64,000 nucleotides of DNA. It comes from Akkermansiaceae bacterium. Lineage in GTDB: Bacteria; Verrucomicrobiota; Verrucomicrobiia; Verrucomicrobiales; Akkermansiaceae. The notes under the pieces were generated by a model. It ran no database searches and was not told the origin of the DNA. It worked only from the letters and a program-made list of their open reading frames with translations. Shown here one piece after another: positions 37,861 to 47,026 of the stretch. The DNA is taken from the NCBI GenBank assembly GCA_051251915.1, contig JBPOGF010000003.1, forward strand, positions 192,001 to 256,000, read 5' to 3'. A program made the position numbers and the translations under genes. Within the stretch, counting starts at the first letter, position 1, and every line of letters starts with the position of its first letter.

Positions 37861-40335
37861 TTATTGTTTGGTGCCGGCTGGGTTGATTTCTGCTTCTAGG
37901 TTTGCGTCTAGTAGCTCGCGGCGGAGGTTGATGCCTTTGTATTTACTGAAGAGGTAAACGATAGGTGAAGCGATGTAGATGGATGAGTAGGTTCCTACGA
38001 TGACACCGATCATGATGGTGAGTGAGAAGTCAGAGAGTGCTTGGCCACCATAGATGAAGAGCACGAGGACAGCTACGAAGGTGGTGATGGATGTTAGGAC
38101 TGTTCTGGAGAGCGTGGCGCTGATGGCTGCGTTCATGACGTCTTTGACTTCGCCTCGTTCGGTTTGGAGGCTCTCACGAATACGGTCAAATACAATGATG
38201 GTGTCATTGATGGAGTAACCTGCGAGAGTGAGGAAGGCGCCGATGTGGATGAGTGATAGCTCATCGCCAAGTATGAAGAGAACGCCGACGGTGATGAGGA
38301 TATCATGCAAGAGGGCGGAGAATGCGCCGACTGCGAATGAGAACTCGAATCTGACTGTGATGTAGATCATGACGCAGAAGAGTCCGAAGCCGAGAGCGTA
38401 GATGGCGTTCATGAGGAATTCTCCACCCATTGTGGCGCTTACTTTTTCTGAGTTTGCCTGGATGATGTATGAGTCTTGATCATTTTTATCATTGAAGTGA
38501 GGGATGGATCCTCTGATTGCGTCAATGATGTTTTGGGTGTCAGCAGGGTCACTCTTGATGGCGATGATCTGGCCTGATCCTGGAGGCTGTTCTATCTGTA
38601 GTGAGTGTTTCTTGCTGAGGGTCACGCCTGAGATGATGGTATTTAGCTCAGCTTGTGTGACTGCTTGGTCAGCGGGGACCGAGAAGCGGGTGAGGTTACC
38701 ACCTGTGAAGTCGATTCCGAGGTTGTCGTTGCCTTTGATGCCTACGAATGAGAGGCCGCCAACGATGAGGAATGCTGAGATGATGAATGAGTATTTGCGC
38801 TTGCTGAGGAAGTCAAAAGTCTTATTGGGTATAAGGTTCATGAACTTGATGTTCTTAAGCAGGCCTGTGTCTGCTGCCCACCAGAAGAGGACGCGAGTGC
38901 AGAGGAGTGAGGCGAGGAGTGTGCCGAGGATACCGATGGTAAGTGTGACGGCGAATCCTTTGATAGATCCTGATGCTTGCCAGAAGAGGATGACGGCAGT
39001 GATGAGGGTGGTGATGTTGGCATCAAAGATGGCTGAGAATGCTTTGTCGTAGGCGGCGGCGATGGCTGCTTTGACTGATTTCCCGCGGTCTAGTTCTTCT
39101 CTCATGCGCTCGTAGATGATGACGTTAGCGTCAACTGCTACACCGATGGTGAGGATGATACCTGCGATCCCAGGGAGTGTGAATGAGGCGCCGAATGCCG
39201 CCATGGCTCCGAAGAGGATGATCATGTTGACTACGAGTCCGACGAGTGCGATGAGTCCGGCGAAACGGTAGTAGAGAAGGACGAAAACGGCGGTGAGGGC
39301 GAGGCCAATGACACCGGCGGTGATACCTTGTTTGACGGTGGCTTCACCGAGTGAGGCTGAGATGGAGCGTTGCTCCATGACCTCGATGTCGTTTTCGAGT
39401 GGGTTTTGGAGTGCTTTGGTGAGGTCTTCTGCTTCTTTCTTGGAGTCTAGGCCGTTGATGACGAAATTTTTGTCGAGTGTGTCAGCTGCGAGTGTTGCGT
39501 AGTTGACTACTTTGCCATCGAGGACGGTGGCGATCATGTCTTGGTTTTTGGTGAGTGTGCTGGTGAATTCTTTCATCTTGTCACCGCCTTGGCCTGTGAG
39601 CTCGATGTTTACAACTGAGTAGTCACGTGGGCTAACCCAGGCAGCTTTCACGTATTTACCTGAGAGTGCTTCGCGGCGCTTGATGAGGACGTTAGTTACT
39701 GTTTGTTCACCTGTTTTAGAGTCAGTTTCTGTGTGTGGGAGAACGCTGAATCCTGGGATGATTTCTCCGCCAGCAACTTGATCTGCAAGTTGGCTAGACT
39801 GTCTGTGGACGCTGTGGATGGTGAGCTTGGCGGTGGTGGTGAGGAGCTTGATGAGCTGTTCTGCTGCTTCTGGAGAGAGCTTGGGGATCTGGATTTCGAT
39901 ACGGTTGCCAACGATGTTTACTGGGGCGTCGAGTGCTCCGGTGGAGTTGATGCGTTTTTCGAGGATGTTCTTAGCTGAGTCCATCGCTTCTGGAGTGATG
40001 GGTAGTTCTTCCTGGGTGTCAGGATCGATGTTTGGCTTCACTTCAAGGATGACGGATGTTCCGCCTACGATCTCGATTCCGCCGTTGAGGTTACTGGCTT
40101 TAGCGAATGTGGTTTCTCCGCTGAGGATTCTGCCGAGGTTGCCAGGGTTGACGATGGCGAAGAATGAGCAGATGGTGATGGCGGCTACGATGATGGTGCC
40201 GATGTTGCGCTTACGCTTGAGTTTCTCAGTAGCGAGATACCAAAAGAGTAGGATGAGCACGGTGACTCCGATCATGAGAACGGTGGTTCCTGATTCGGCA
40301 TTTGTGGCTGCGAGCATTGTAGCTAGTGTTGTCAT
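37861..40335 (-). CDS. secDF: Fused protein translocase subunit SecDF
   Basis: TLPGIAGIILTIGVAVDANV, DANITT, GIDFTGG, GYSINDTI.VFDRIRE, GTYSS. Confidence 0.96.
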   Translation of the reverse strand: MTTLATMLAATNAESGTTVLMIGVTVLILLFWYLATEKLKRKRNIGTIIVAAITICSFFAIVNPGNLGRILSGETTFAKASNLNGGIEIVGGTSVILEVKPNIDPDTQEELPITPEAMDSAKNILEKRINSTGALDAPVNIVGNRIEIQIPKLSPEAAEQLIKLLTTTAKLTIHSVHRQSSQLADQVAGGEIIPGFSVLPHTETDSKTGEQTVTNVLIKRREALSGKYVKAAWVSPRDYSVVNIELTGQGGDKMKEFTSTLTKNQDMIATVLDGKVVNYATLAADTLDKNFVINGLDSKKEAEDLTKALQNPLENDIEVMEQRSISASLGEATVKQGITAGVIGLALTAVFVLLYYRFAGLIALVGLVVNMIILFGAMAAFGASFTLPGIAGIILTIGVAVDANVIIYERMREELDRGKSVKAAIAAAYDKAFSAIFDANITTLITAVILFWQASGSIKGFAVTLTIGILGTLLASLLCTRVLFWWAADTGLLKNIKFMNLIPNKTFDFLSKRKYSFIISAFLIVGGLSFVGIKGNDNLGIDFTGGNLTRFSVPADQAVTQAELNTIISGVTLSKKHSLQIEQPPGSGQIIAIKSDPADTQNIIDAIRGSIPHFNDKNDQDSYIIQANSEKVSATMGGEFLMNAIYALGFGLFCVMIYITVRFEFSFAVGAFSALLHDILITVGVLFILGDELSLIHIGAFLTLAGYSINDTIIVFDRIRESLQTERGEVKDVMNAAISATLSRTVLTSITTFVAVLVLFIYGGQALSDFSLTIMIGVIVGTYSSIYIASPIVYLFSKYKGINLRRELLDANLEAEINPAGTKQ

Positions 40336-40543
40336 AAAGATGTATTTGTTAACAGTACGAGTGTGTGTGTGCGCATCTGTCGATGAGCGGATAGCTACAT
40401 AACGCCATTTCAGCCAAGGTCAATCCCTAGTTGCTCTAAGTAGCAGATTTTAAAGGGTGAATTCAGAAATGAGGCGGTGTTTTAGCGAGTGATCTGGATG
40501 CGCTTGACGTGGAGAGTGGCAGTGTGCAACGTTCACGTCTTGT

Positions 40544-40762
40544 ATGAATCCAACATTAAGAGAGAAGGTAATCGAGGTCTGTGATCAGAAAATATCCTCT
40601 AAGGGTGAGGGTGTAGGGCTTTCATTCTATGCTTTTTTTAAGAATAAAAACTCTGATCCTGAGTTGCTTATGGAGATGGCGACTTGGTGGATTAAGACTC
40701 ATCAGCTAGATCATTTTGAGAAGGCGGTCAGAATCCGAAATATGGTCAGAACGGGGCAGTAG
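40544..40762 (+). CDS. Small conserved hypothetical protein (DUF6500-like)
   Basis: 72 aa, VGLSFYAFF.NKN.DP...WWI..H.LDHFEKA; TTGACG-N17-CAACGT upstream. Confidence 0.7.
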   Translation: MNPTLREKVIEVCDQKISSKGEGVGLSFYAFFKNKNSDPELLMEMATWWIKTHQLDHFEKAVRIRNMVRTGQ

Positions 40763-40771
40763 CCTTTATAG

Positions 40772-41506
40772 TTACCTTACCATGGGCTCGAAGGAGTCAG
40801 GCATGGGGGCTTCGATCACGAGTTTGAGTTTGCTGTATGGGTGCTTGATGCTGAGCTTGGCGGCGTGGAGGGCTAGTCGTTTGGCGCCTTTTTCACCTTT
40901 GCCGTCGTTGCCGTATTTTTTATCGCCAACTACTGGGCAGCCTTTGTCCGCCATGTGGACGCGGATCTGGTGTTTTCTGCCGGTGAGGATGTTGAGCTCT
41001 ACGAGGGAGTGGGTGTCATTTTGTTTGAGGACTTTGTAGGCTGTTTTAGAGAGTTTGCCTTGTTTTTTTTGTTCTGGGTTGGTGGCGGAGTACATTTTGA
41101 AGACGCCTTGTTCTACTAGGTAGGAGCTGATGATGCCTTCTTGCTCTGGTAGGTGACCGTGGACTACGGCGTAGTAGGTTTTGTTGAAGGTGGACCATTC
41201 TGACTGGAGGTAAGTTTTTGCTTCTTCGGACTTGGCGAAGACTAGGATGCCGGAGGTCTCGCGGTCTAGGCGGTGGACGATGAATACGCGGTGTGGGGAT
41301 TTGTGGTTTCCTTTGCTGACGTAGTCGGTGAGGTTGGAGTAGGCGGTGCGGTCGCTCTCGCGTTCATTTCCCATGGTGAGGAGTCCGCATGCTTTGTCGA
41401 CGAAGACGATGTCGCGGTCTTCGAAGAGGATGTTAAGGCCCTTAGGTGAGTATTTCTTTGGTGGGCGAGGGAATTGTTTGTCTAGGCGATGGTCAGGCGT
41501 TGGCAT
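40772..41506 (-). CDS. RluA-family pseudouridine synthase
   Basis: VHRLDRETSG, TGRKHQIRVH, GDKKYG, LALHA. Confidence 0.94.
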   Translation of the reverse strand: MPTPDHRLDKQFPRPPKKYSPKGLNILFEDRDIVFVDKACGLLTMGNERESDRTAYSNLTDYVSKGNHKSPHRVFIVHRLDRETSGILVFAKSEEAKTYLQSEWSTFNKTYYAVVHGHLPEQEGIISSYLVEQGVFKMYSATNPEQKKQGKLSKTAYKVLKQNDTHSLVELNILTGRKHQIRVHMADKGCPVVGDKKYGNDGKGEKGAKRLALHAAKLSIKHPYSKLKLVIEAPMPDSFEPMVR

Positions 41507-41660
41507 TAGGGCTGGAGTATGCCTGAGCTGGGGGCGAGGTCAAGCTTGGTGGTGGTGACGATTAGGGTTGTTTTGTGATTTTGGTGCCGGGGGCGGGTCA
41601 GAGGTCATGGGTTGAGTGGTCATTGGTCTGATTCTCTGGAGGGTTTAGGTTGATGGTGGC

Positions 41661-42059
41661 TTAGTTTTTTATGGGGAAGTCTTTGGTGTGTCCGCAGTGG
41701 TGGCATTGGAGTTTGTGGACTTTTTTGATACAGTTGGAGAGGATGGTGAGGATGACTGGGGGACCAACTATGATAGCTACAAATGCCATGGGGGTGCCGC
41801 GTCCTCCTTCGAATTTAAAGTAGGGGAACATTCCGAAAATAAGGATTAGTGCTGAAAGAAGGATGATGACGCTTAGCCAAGGGGCGAATGCGTGTAGCCT
41901 GGCTGAGAGTTTACTGCGGGAGTGAAAGAGGTTCACTCTGCGAGTCAGGGATGTGTGGCAATGTGGGCAGCGGTGGGGTATGTGTTTTGGCCATGAGAGG
42001 TTGAGCACGTCTTTGTCCCGTGTTTCTTTGAATTTAGGAGGTGCTGGGATCTGGTTCAT
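41661..42059 (-). CDS. Small membrane protein with two CxxC motifs flanking two TM helices
   Basis: CPHC...TM-TM...CHHC. Confidence 0.65.
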   Translation of the reverse strand: MNQIPAPPKFKETRDKDVLNLSWPKHIPHRCPHCHTSLTRRVNLFHSRSKLSARLHAFAPWLSVIILLSALILIFGMFPYFKFEGGRGTPMAFVAIIVGPPVILTILSNCIKKVHKLQCHHCGHTKDFPIKN

Positions 42060-42117
42060 GATGGGATAATAAGTTTTAATCTGGGTAAACAAAGTAATAA
42101 GGCTAGGGAAAGGTGGA

Positions 42118-42146
42118 TTGACATGAAATAGTTTGTAACTTATTCA
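42118..42146 (+). promoter_or_regulatory. Putative sigma-70 promoter
   Basis: TTGACA-N17-TATTCA, 30 bp before ATG 42177. Confidence 0.4.
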
Positions 42147-42176
42147 CTATCTTAACCGTATTCTTAGGTTCAGACT

Positions 42177-44981
42177 ATGTTTCGCCAAGCCCTTATTATT
42201 TTTGCACTTACTGTAATCGGTCAGTTCTGCGTTGCGCAGCCTACTTTTGAGGAGGTGCGGCCAATTTTGGAGCGGAGTTGTGTGCAGTGTCATGGGGAGA
42301 AGAAGTCTAAGGGTGGTTTGAGGCTGGATACTAAGGAGGGGTTTTTGGCGGGTGGTGAGAATGAGGATGTGATTGATTTGGGGGATTTGCCTAAGAGTCA
42401 TTTGTTGAAGGTGATAAATTTGGGAGAGGATGATGATGAGTTGATGCCGCCGGTGGATGCTGATGGTGGGGTGACGCCGTTGTCTGGGGTTGAGAAGGAT
42501 CTATTGGAACGGTGGATTTTGGCGAAGGCGCCTTATCCTGATGGGGTTACGCTGAGTGCGACTTCAAAACTTACCCCTAGTGATGGGCAGTTGGCGGGGT
42601 TGGTGGGGATTTCTGTTTATCCGAGTATGGTTCAGCTGGATTCGAAGTTGGATTCACATGCTCCGGTGTTGTATGGGGATTATGAGAATGCGACTACGCA
42701 GGATCTGACTGATGTGGCGGTGTGGGAGATAGAGGACCCGACTATTTTGAAGATGGAGGGGAATGTGATGATGCCGCTGAAGGATGGGAGCACGGTGGTG
42801 ACTGCTGTGGTAGGGGAGAAGCGGACTGAGGTGGAGGTGGTGGTGAAGAATGCGCTGAAGGAGCAGGCGATAAGTTTCACGCTGGATGTGATGCCGACTT
42901 TGACGGCGTTGGGTTGTAATACGGGGTCGTGTCATGGATCTGCGAGGGGGCAGGATGGGTTTAATTTGTCGATCTTTGGGTTTGATCCTGAGGGGGATCA
43001 TTATCGGATCACTAAGGAGCTGCCTGGGAGGCGGATTAATACGGCGATTCCTGAGAATAGTTTGTTGTTAACTAAGGCGACTGGGGCGGTGCCGCATACG
43101 GGTGGGAAGCTGACGACTAGTAAGAAGAAGACGTATCAGAATTTGTTGAGGTGGATTAAGGCTGGTGCGAGGTATGATTATGATGAGGAGACGTTGCCGG
43201 TATCTATTGAGGTGTTTCCTAAGCAGTTGGTGATGCAGGGGGCGGGGACGCGGTCGCAGCTGACTGTGATAGCGCGGTATGCTGATGGGACGGATAGGGA
43301 TGTGACGGCGTTGTCTTCATTTTCTACGAGTAATGAGTCTAGTGTGAAGGTGAAGCAGAAGACGGGAAAACTTACCTCTGCGGTGAGGGGGGAGGCGTTT
43401 ATTTTGGCGAGATTTCATACGTTTGTGGAGGGGATGCAGACGATAGTGATTCCGGAGGTGAATGATTATGTGCGGGAGGATTATCCGGCTAATAATTACA
43501 TTGATGGTCACATTGCGAAGAAGCTGCATAAGTTGCGGATGAATGCATCTGGGTTGTGTACGGATGAGGTGTTTGTGCGTAAGGTTTATTTGGATTTGGT
43601 GGGGCATTTGCCTAGTGCTGAGGAGCGGGAGAAGTTTCTAACAGATGAGGGGGATGATAAGCGAGATAGGTTGGTGGATGAGTTGATAGCTAGACCGGAG
43701 TTCATTGATATTTGGGTGATGAAGTGGTCTGAGTTGTTGCAGATTAGGACATTTAATAATGTGGTGAGTTATAAGGCGGTGTTGCTGTATCATCAGTGGT
43801 TGAGGGAGCAGTTTCATGAGGAGGTGCCTTTTAATGAGATCATTAATGAGATCCTTACTTCTAAAGGTGGGACATTTCAGGAGCCGGCGACGAATTTTTA
43901 TCAGGTGGAGCGGGATACGCTGAAGCTGACAGAGAATGTCGCGCAGACGCTGATGGGGACACGGATTCAGTGTGCGCAGTGTCATAACCATCCGTTTGAT
44001 CGGTGGACGATGGATGATTATTATAGTTTTACGGCATTTTTTGCGCAGGTGAGACGTAAGCCGGCGCAGGATCCGCGTGAGCAGATTATTTATGATGGAG
44101 GTGGTGAGATGAAGCATCCGGTGACGAAGAAGAATGCGATTCCGAAGTTTCTTGGGGGTGATGCTCCTGAGACGAAGGGCAAGGTGCGGAGGGAGTTGGC
44201 GGCGGATTGGTTGACGGCTCCGGAGAATCCTTGGTTTGCGAGGAATGTGTCTAACATTATTTGGGATCATTTTTTTGGTGGGGGGATTATTGATCCTGTG
44301 GATGATATAAGGGTGTCTAATCCGCCGAGTAATCCTGAGCTGTTAGAGGCGCTGACGAAGAAGTTTGTGGATGGAGGTTTTAGTATTCAGAAGTTGGCTC
44401 GTGATATCTGTACTTCGCGGACGTATCAGTTGGCTAGTGCGGTGAATGGGACGAATATGTATGATGAGACGAATTTTTCTCATAGTAAGATTCGCAGGAT
44501 TCGTGCTGAATTTTTGTTAGATAGTATTGCGCAGGTGACGCGGACTCCGAATAAGTTTAAGGCGCTGCCGTTGGGGACGAAGGCTACGAGGTTAGCGGAT
44601 GGGAATACGTCTAATTATTTTTTGAAGACGTTTGGTAGGGCGAGTAGGTTGACGGTTTGTTCTTGTGAGGTGAAGCTGGAGCCGAATTTGTCTCAGGCGT
44701 TGCATTTGATCAATGGGAGTTCGATTCATCAGCGGATTATTCAGGGGAAGGTGATTCCGGATTTGATGAAGGAGAAGAAGTCTGATGGTGAGATTATCCA
44801 GCATTTTTATTTGGCGGCACTTTCTAGGAAGGCGACTGAGATGGAGATGGGGAAACTGTTAGAGCTGATGAAGACTAATAAGGAGGAGCCTGGGAAAGAG
44901 CGGTATGCGAAACGGAAGGAGCTGTTAGAGGATGTTTTCTGGGCGGTTTTGAACTCTAAGGAATTTATATTTACTCATTAG
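42177..44981 (+). CDS. Planctomycete-type cytochrome c + Ig-like + DUF1549/DUF1553 (PSD1) protein
   Basis: CVQCH..GGLRLD..MPP, GCNTGSCHG, CAQCHNHPFDRW, NPPSNPELL, EDVFWAVLNSKEF. Confidence 0.9.
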   Translation: MFRQALIIFALTVIGQFCVAQPTFEEVRPILERSCVQCHGEKKSKGGLRLDTKEGFLAGGENEDVIDLGDLPKSHLLKVINLGEDDDELMPPVDADGGVTPLSGVEKDLLERWILAKAPYPDGVTLSATSKLTPSDGQLAGLVGISVYPSMVQLDSKLDSHAPVLYGDYENATTQDLTDVAVWEIEDPTILKMEGNVMMPLKDGSTVVTAVVGEKRTEVEVVVKNALKEQAISFTLDVMPTLTALGCNTGSCHGSARGQDGFNLSIFGFDPEGDHYRITKELPGRRINTAIPENSLLLTKATGAVPHTGGKLTTSKKKTYQNLLRWIKAGARYDYDEETLPVSIEVFPKQLVMQGAGTRSQLTVIARYADGTDRDVTALSSFSTSNESSVKVKQKTGKLTSAVRGEAFILARFHTFVEGMQTIVIPEVNDYVREDYPANNYIDGHIAKKLHKLRMNASGLCTDEVFVRKVYLDLVGHLPSAEEREKFLTDEGDDKRDRLVDELIARPEFIDIWVMKWSELLQIRTFNNVVSYKAVLLYHQWLREQFHEEVPFNEIINEILTSKGGTFQEPATNFYQVERDTLKLTENVAQTLMGTRIQCAQCHNHPFDRWTMDDYYSFTAFFAQVRRKPAQDPREQIIYDGGGEMKHPVTKKNAIPKFLGGDAPETKGKVRRELAADWLTAPENPWFARNVSNIIWDHFFGGGIIDPVDDIRVSNPPSNPELLEALTKKFVDGGFSIQKLARDICTSRTYQLASAVNGTNMYDETNFSHSKIRRIRAEFLLDSIAQVTRTPNKFKALPLGTKATRLADGNTSNYFLKTFGRASRLTVCSCEVKLEPNLSQALHLINGSSIHQRIIQGKVIPDLMKEKKSDGEIIQHFYLAALSRKATEMEMGKLLELMKTNKEEPGKERYAKRKELLEDVFWAVLNSKEFIFTH

Positions 44982-44982
44982 T

Positions 44983-46971
44983 ATGAAGCGTTTGTTGATC
45001 ATTATGGGGTTGATGCAGGTGGTTCATAGTCAGGATAAGCTGAACTATGACGACCATATTTTGCCGATTTTTGAGAAGTCTTGTACGAATTGTCATAATC
45101 CGGATAAGCGGAAGGGAGATTTGGATTTGAGCACTTATGGTGGGTTTTTGGCGGGGAGTTCTGGGGGGAAGGTTGCGAGTGTGGGGGATGGATCTGGGTC
45201 TAAGATATTTGCGACGGCGACGCATTCTGAGGAACCATTTATGCCTCCGAAGGGGAAGGGTGAGAAGCTGGATAAGAAGGATCTGCAGCAGATTAGGGAG
45301 TGGATAGATGGTGGGTTGTTAGAGACGAAGGATTCTAAGGCGAAGAAGGATAATACCCCGAAGATTGATTTCTCTAAGATCAATGCGAATGCGGTTAAGG
45401 GGCCGGCACCGTTGCCAGTGAATTTGAGTTTGGAGCCTGTGACTACACCTCGGTTTGCGGGGGTGATTTCTGATATTGAGTGCAGTCCAACGGCGCCTGT
45501 TTTGGCGGTGACTTCGCAGCAGCAGACGTTGCTGTTTCATACGGATACGCTGGAGTTGATAGGGGTGATTCCGTTTCCTGAGTCTAAGAAGGGGGTGACG
45601 AATCCTGAGTCGCTGAGTTTTCATCCTGCGGGTAAATATTTGCTTGTGGGTGGTGGTGTGGCGGGGAAATCTGGGGTGACGGTTTGCTGGGATGTTACTA
45701 CTGGTGAGCCGCTGATGACGGTGGGGCGTGAGTATGATACGGTGATAGCGTCGTCGCTAAGGAGTGATTTGAAGGGGGTGGCTACTGGAGGGCCTTCACG
45801 GAGGGTGAAGATGTGGGATGCTGAGGCGAATGAGTTAGAATTTAATCATAAGAAGCATACGGACTGGGTGACGAGTTTGAGCTATTCGCATGATGGGGTT
45901 TTGCTGGCGAGTGGTGGCAGGGGTGGTGGAGTGTGGGTATGGGAGGCGCAGTCTGGGAATGAGTTTCATAAGTTGGGTGGGCATAAGGCTAGGGTTGTGG
46001 CGATTAAGTGGAGTCCGGATTCTAATTATTTGGCAACGGCGTCTGAGGATGGGACGTTGCGGATCTGGAATATGCAGGATGGTAAGGAAGTGAAGAAGAT
46101 AGATGCGCATAAGGGTGGGATTTTAGACATGGATTGGTCTAATAAGGGTGAATTTGTGACGGTGGGGAGAGATGGGTTTATCAAGACTTGGAAGTCTAAT
46201 TATGGGTTGAAGAAGCAATTTCATCATAAGGTTGAATTGCCGCTCAGGGCGGAGTGGAGTCATGATGGAGGACGGGTTTTTGTGGCGGATTATAAGGGGG
46301 CGATTTCTGTTTGGGATGGGGAGTTAAAGCCGTTGGGGAAAGTGGATAGTAATCCGAAGCGGGTTGAGGATAGGATCAAGGGGTATGTGAGTGAGATGGG
46401 GCAGGTTCAGTTGTTGTTAGCGGCGGTGAATGAGAAAGTGGCGGCGGCTGAGAATCAGGTTAAGAATTTTGAAGATAGTATAAAGACGACTCAGCAGAAG
46501 TTGGTGGATAATAAGAAGGCGTATCAGTTGGCGCAGCAGAACCAGAGGAAGGCTGAGGGCGATCTGAGGAATAAGAAGAAGGAGGTATCTAAGCTTCAGG
46601 GGGGAATCAAGAGGGCAGATGCTGAGGTGAAGAAGCTGATGGCTCCGGAAAAGGCTAAGGAGCTGGTGGTGGCGAGGGCTAAGATTGATAAACTGAGGGG
46701 CGAGTTGAAGAAGGTGGAAGGTGGGATGAAGGAGGCGGAAGCAGCTATTCAGAAATTTAAGGCGGAGTATGGTAAGCGGAAGGGGCAGGATAAACCTTTG
46801 GTGGATAAGTTGAATGGACTAAGGAAAGAGCTTCCGAAAGAGCAGAAGAATGTGGTGAAACTTAAGGAGCCGCGTGGGCCGTTGGAAAAGCAGATTGATG
46901 TATTGGAAAGGAAGGCGCAGAGTTTGCGTGATTACCTGAGTCAGAGGGGTGGGGATACGGCGGCAAAGTAG
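44983..46971 (+). CDS. Planctomycete-type cytochrome c + WD40 + coiled-coil protein
   Basis: CTNCHNPDK..MPP..WI..G; WD40 repeats (HTDWV, LASG, WSPD..LATASEDGT); long C-terminal coiled coil. Confidence 0.9.
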   Translation: MKRLLIIMGLMQVVHSQDKLNYDDHILPIFEKSCTNCHNPDKRKGDLDLSTYGGFLAGSSGGKVASVGDGSGSKIFATATHSEEPFMPPKGKGEKLDKKDLQQIREWIDGGLLETKDSKAKKDNTPKIDFSKINANAVKGPAPLPVNLSLEPVTTPRFAGVISDIECSPTAPVLAVTSQQQTLLFHTDTLELIGVIPFPESKKGVTNPESLSFHPAGKYLLVGGGVAGKSGVTVCWDVTTGEPLMTVGREYDTVIASSLRSDLKGVATGGPSRRVKMWDAEANELEFNHKKHTDWVTSLSYSHDGVLLASGGRGGGVWVWEAQSGNEFHKLGGHKARVVAIKWSPDSNYLATASEDGTLRIWNMQDGKEVKKIDAHKGGILDMDWSNKGEFVTVGRDGFIKTWKSNYGLKKQFHHKVELPLRAEWSHDGGRVFVADYKGAISVWDGELKPLGKVDSNPKRVEDRIKGYVSEMGQVQLLLAAVNEKVAAAENQVKNFEDSIKTTQQKLVDNKKAYQLAQQNQRKAEGDLRNKKKEVSKLQGGIKRADAEVKKLMAPEKAKELVVARAKIDKLRGELKKVEGGMKEAEAAIQKFKAEYGKRKGQDKPLVDKLNGLRKELPKEQKNVVKLKEPRGPLEKQIDVLERKAQSLRDYLSQRGGDTAAK

Positions 46972-47026
46972 CTTGAATTAGCTATTGGCTTGACCTCTGA
47001 GGTGAGTAGATTATTGCTTCTGCCAC

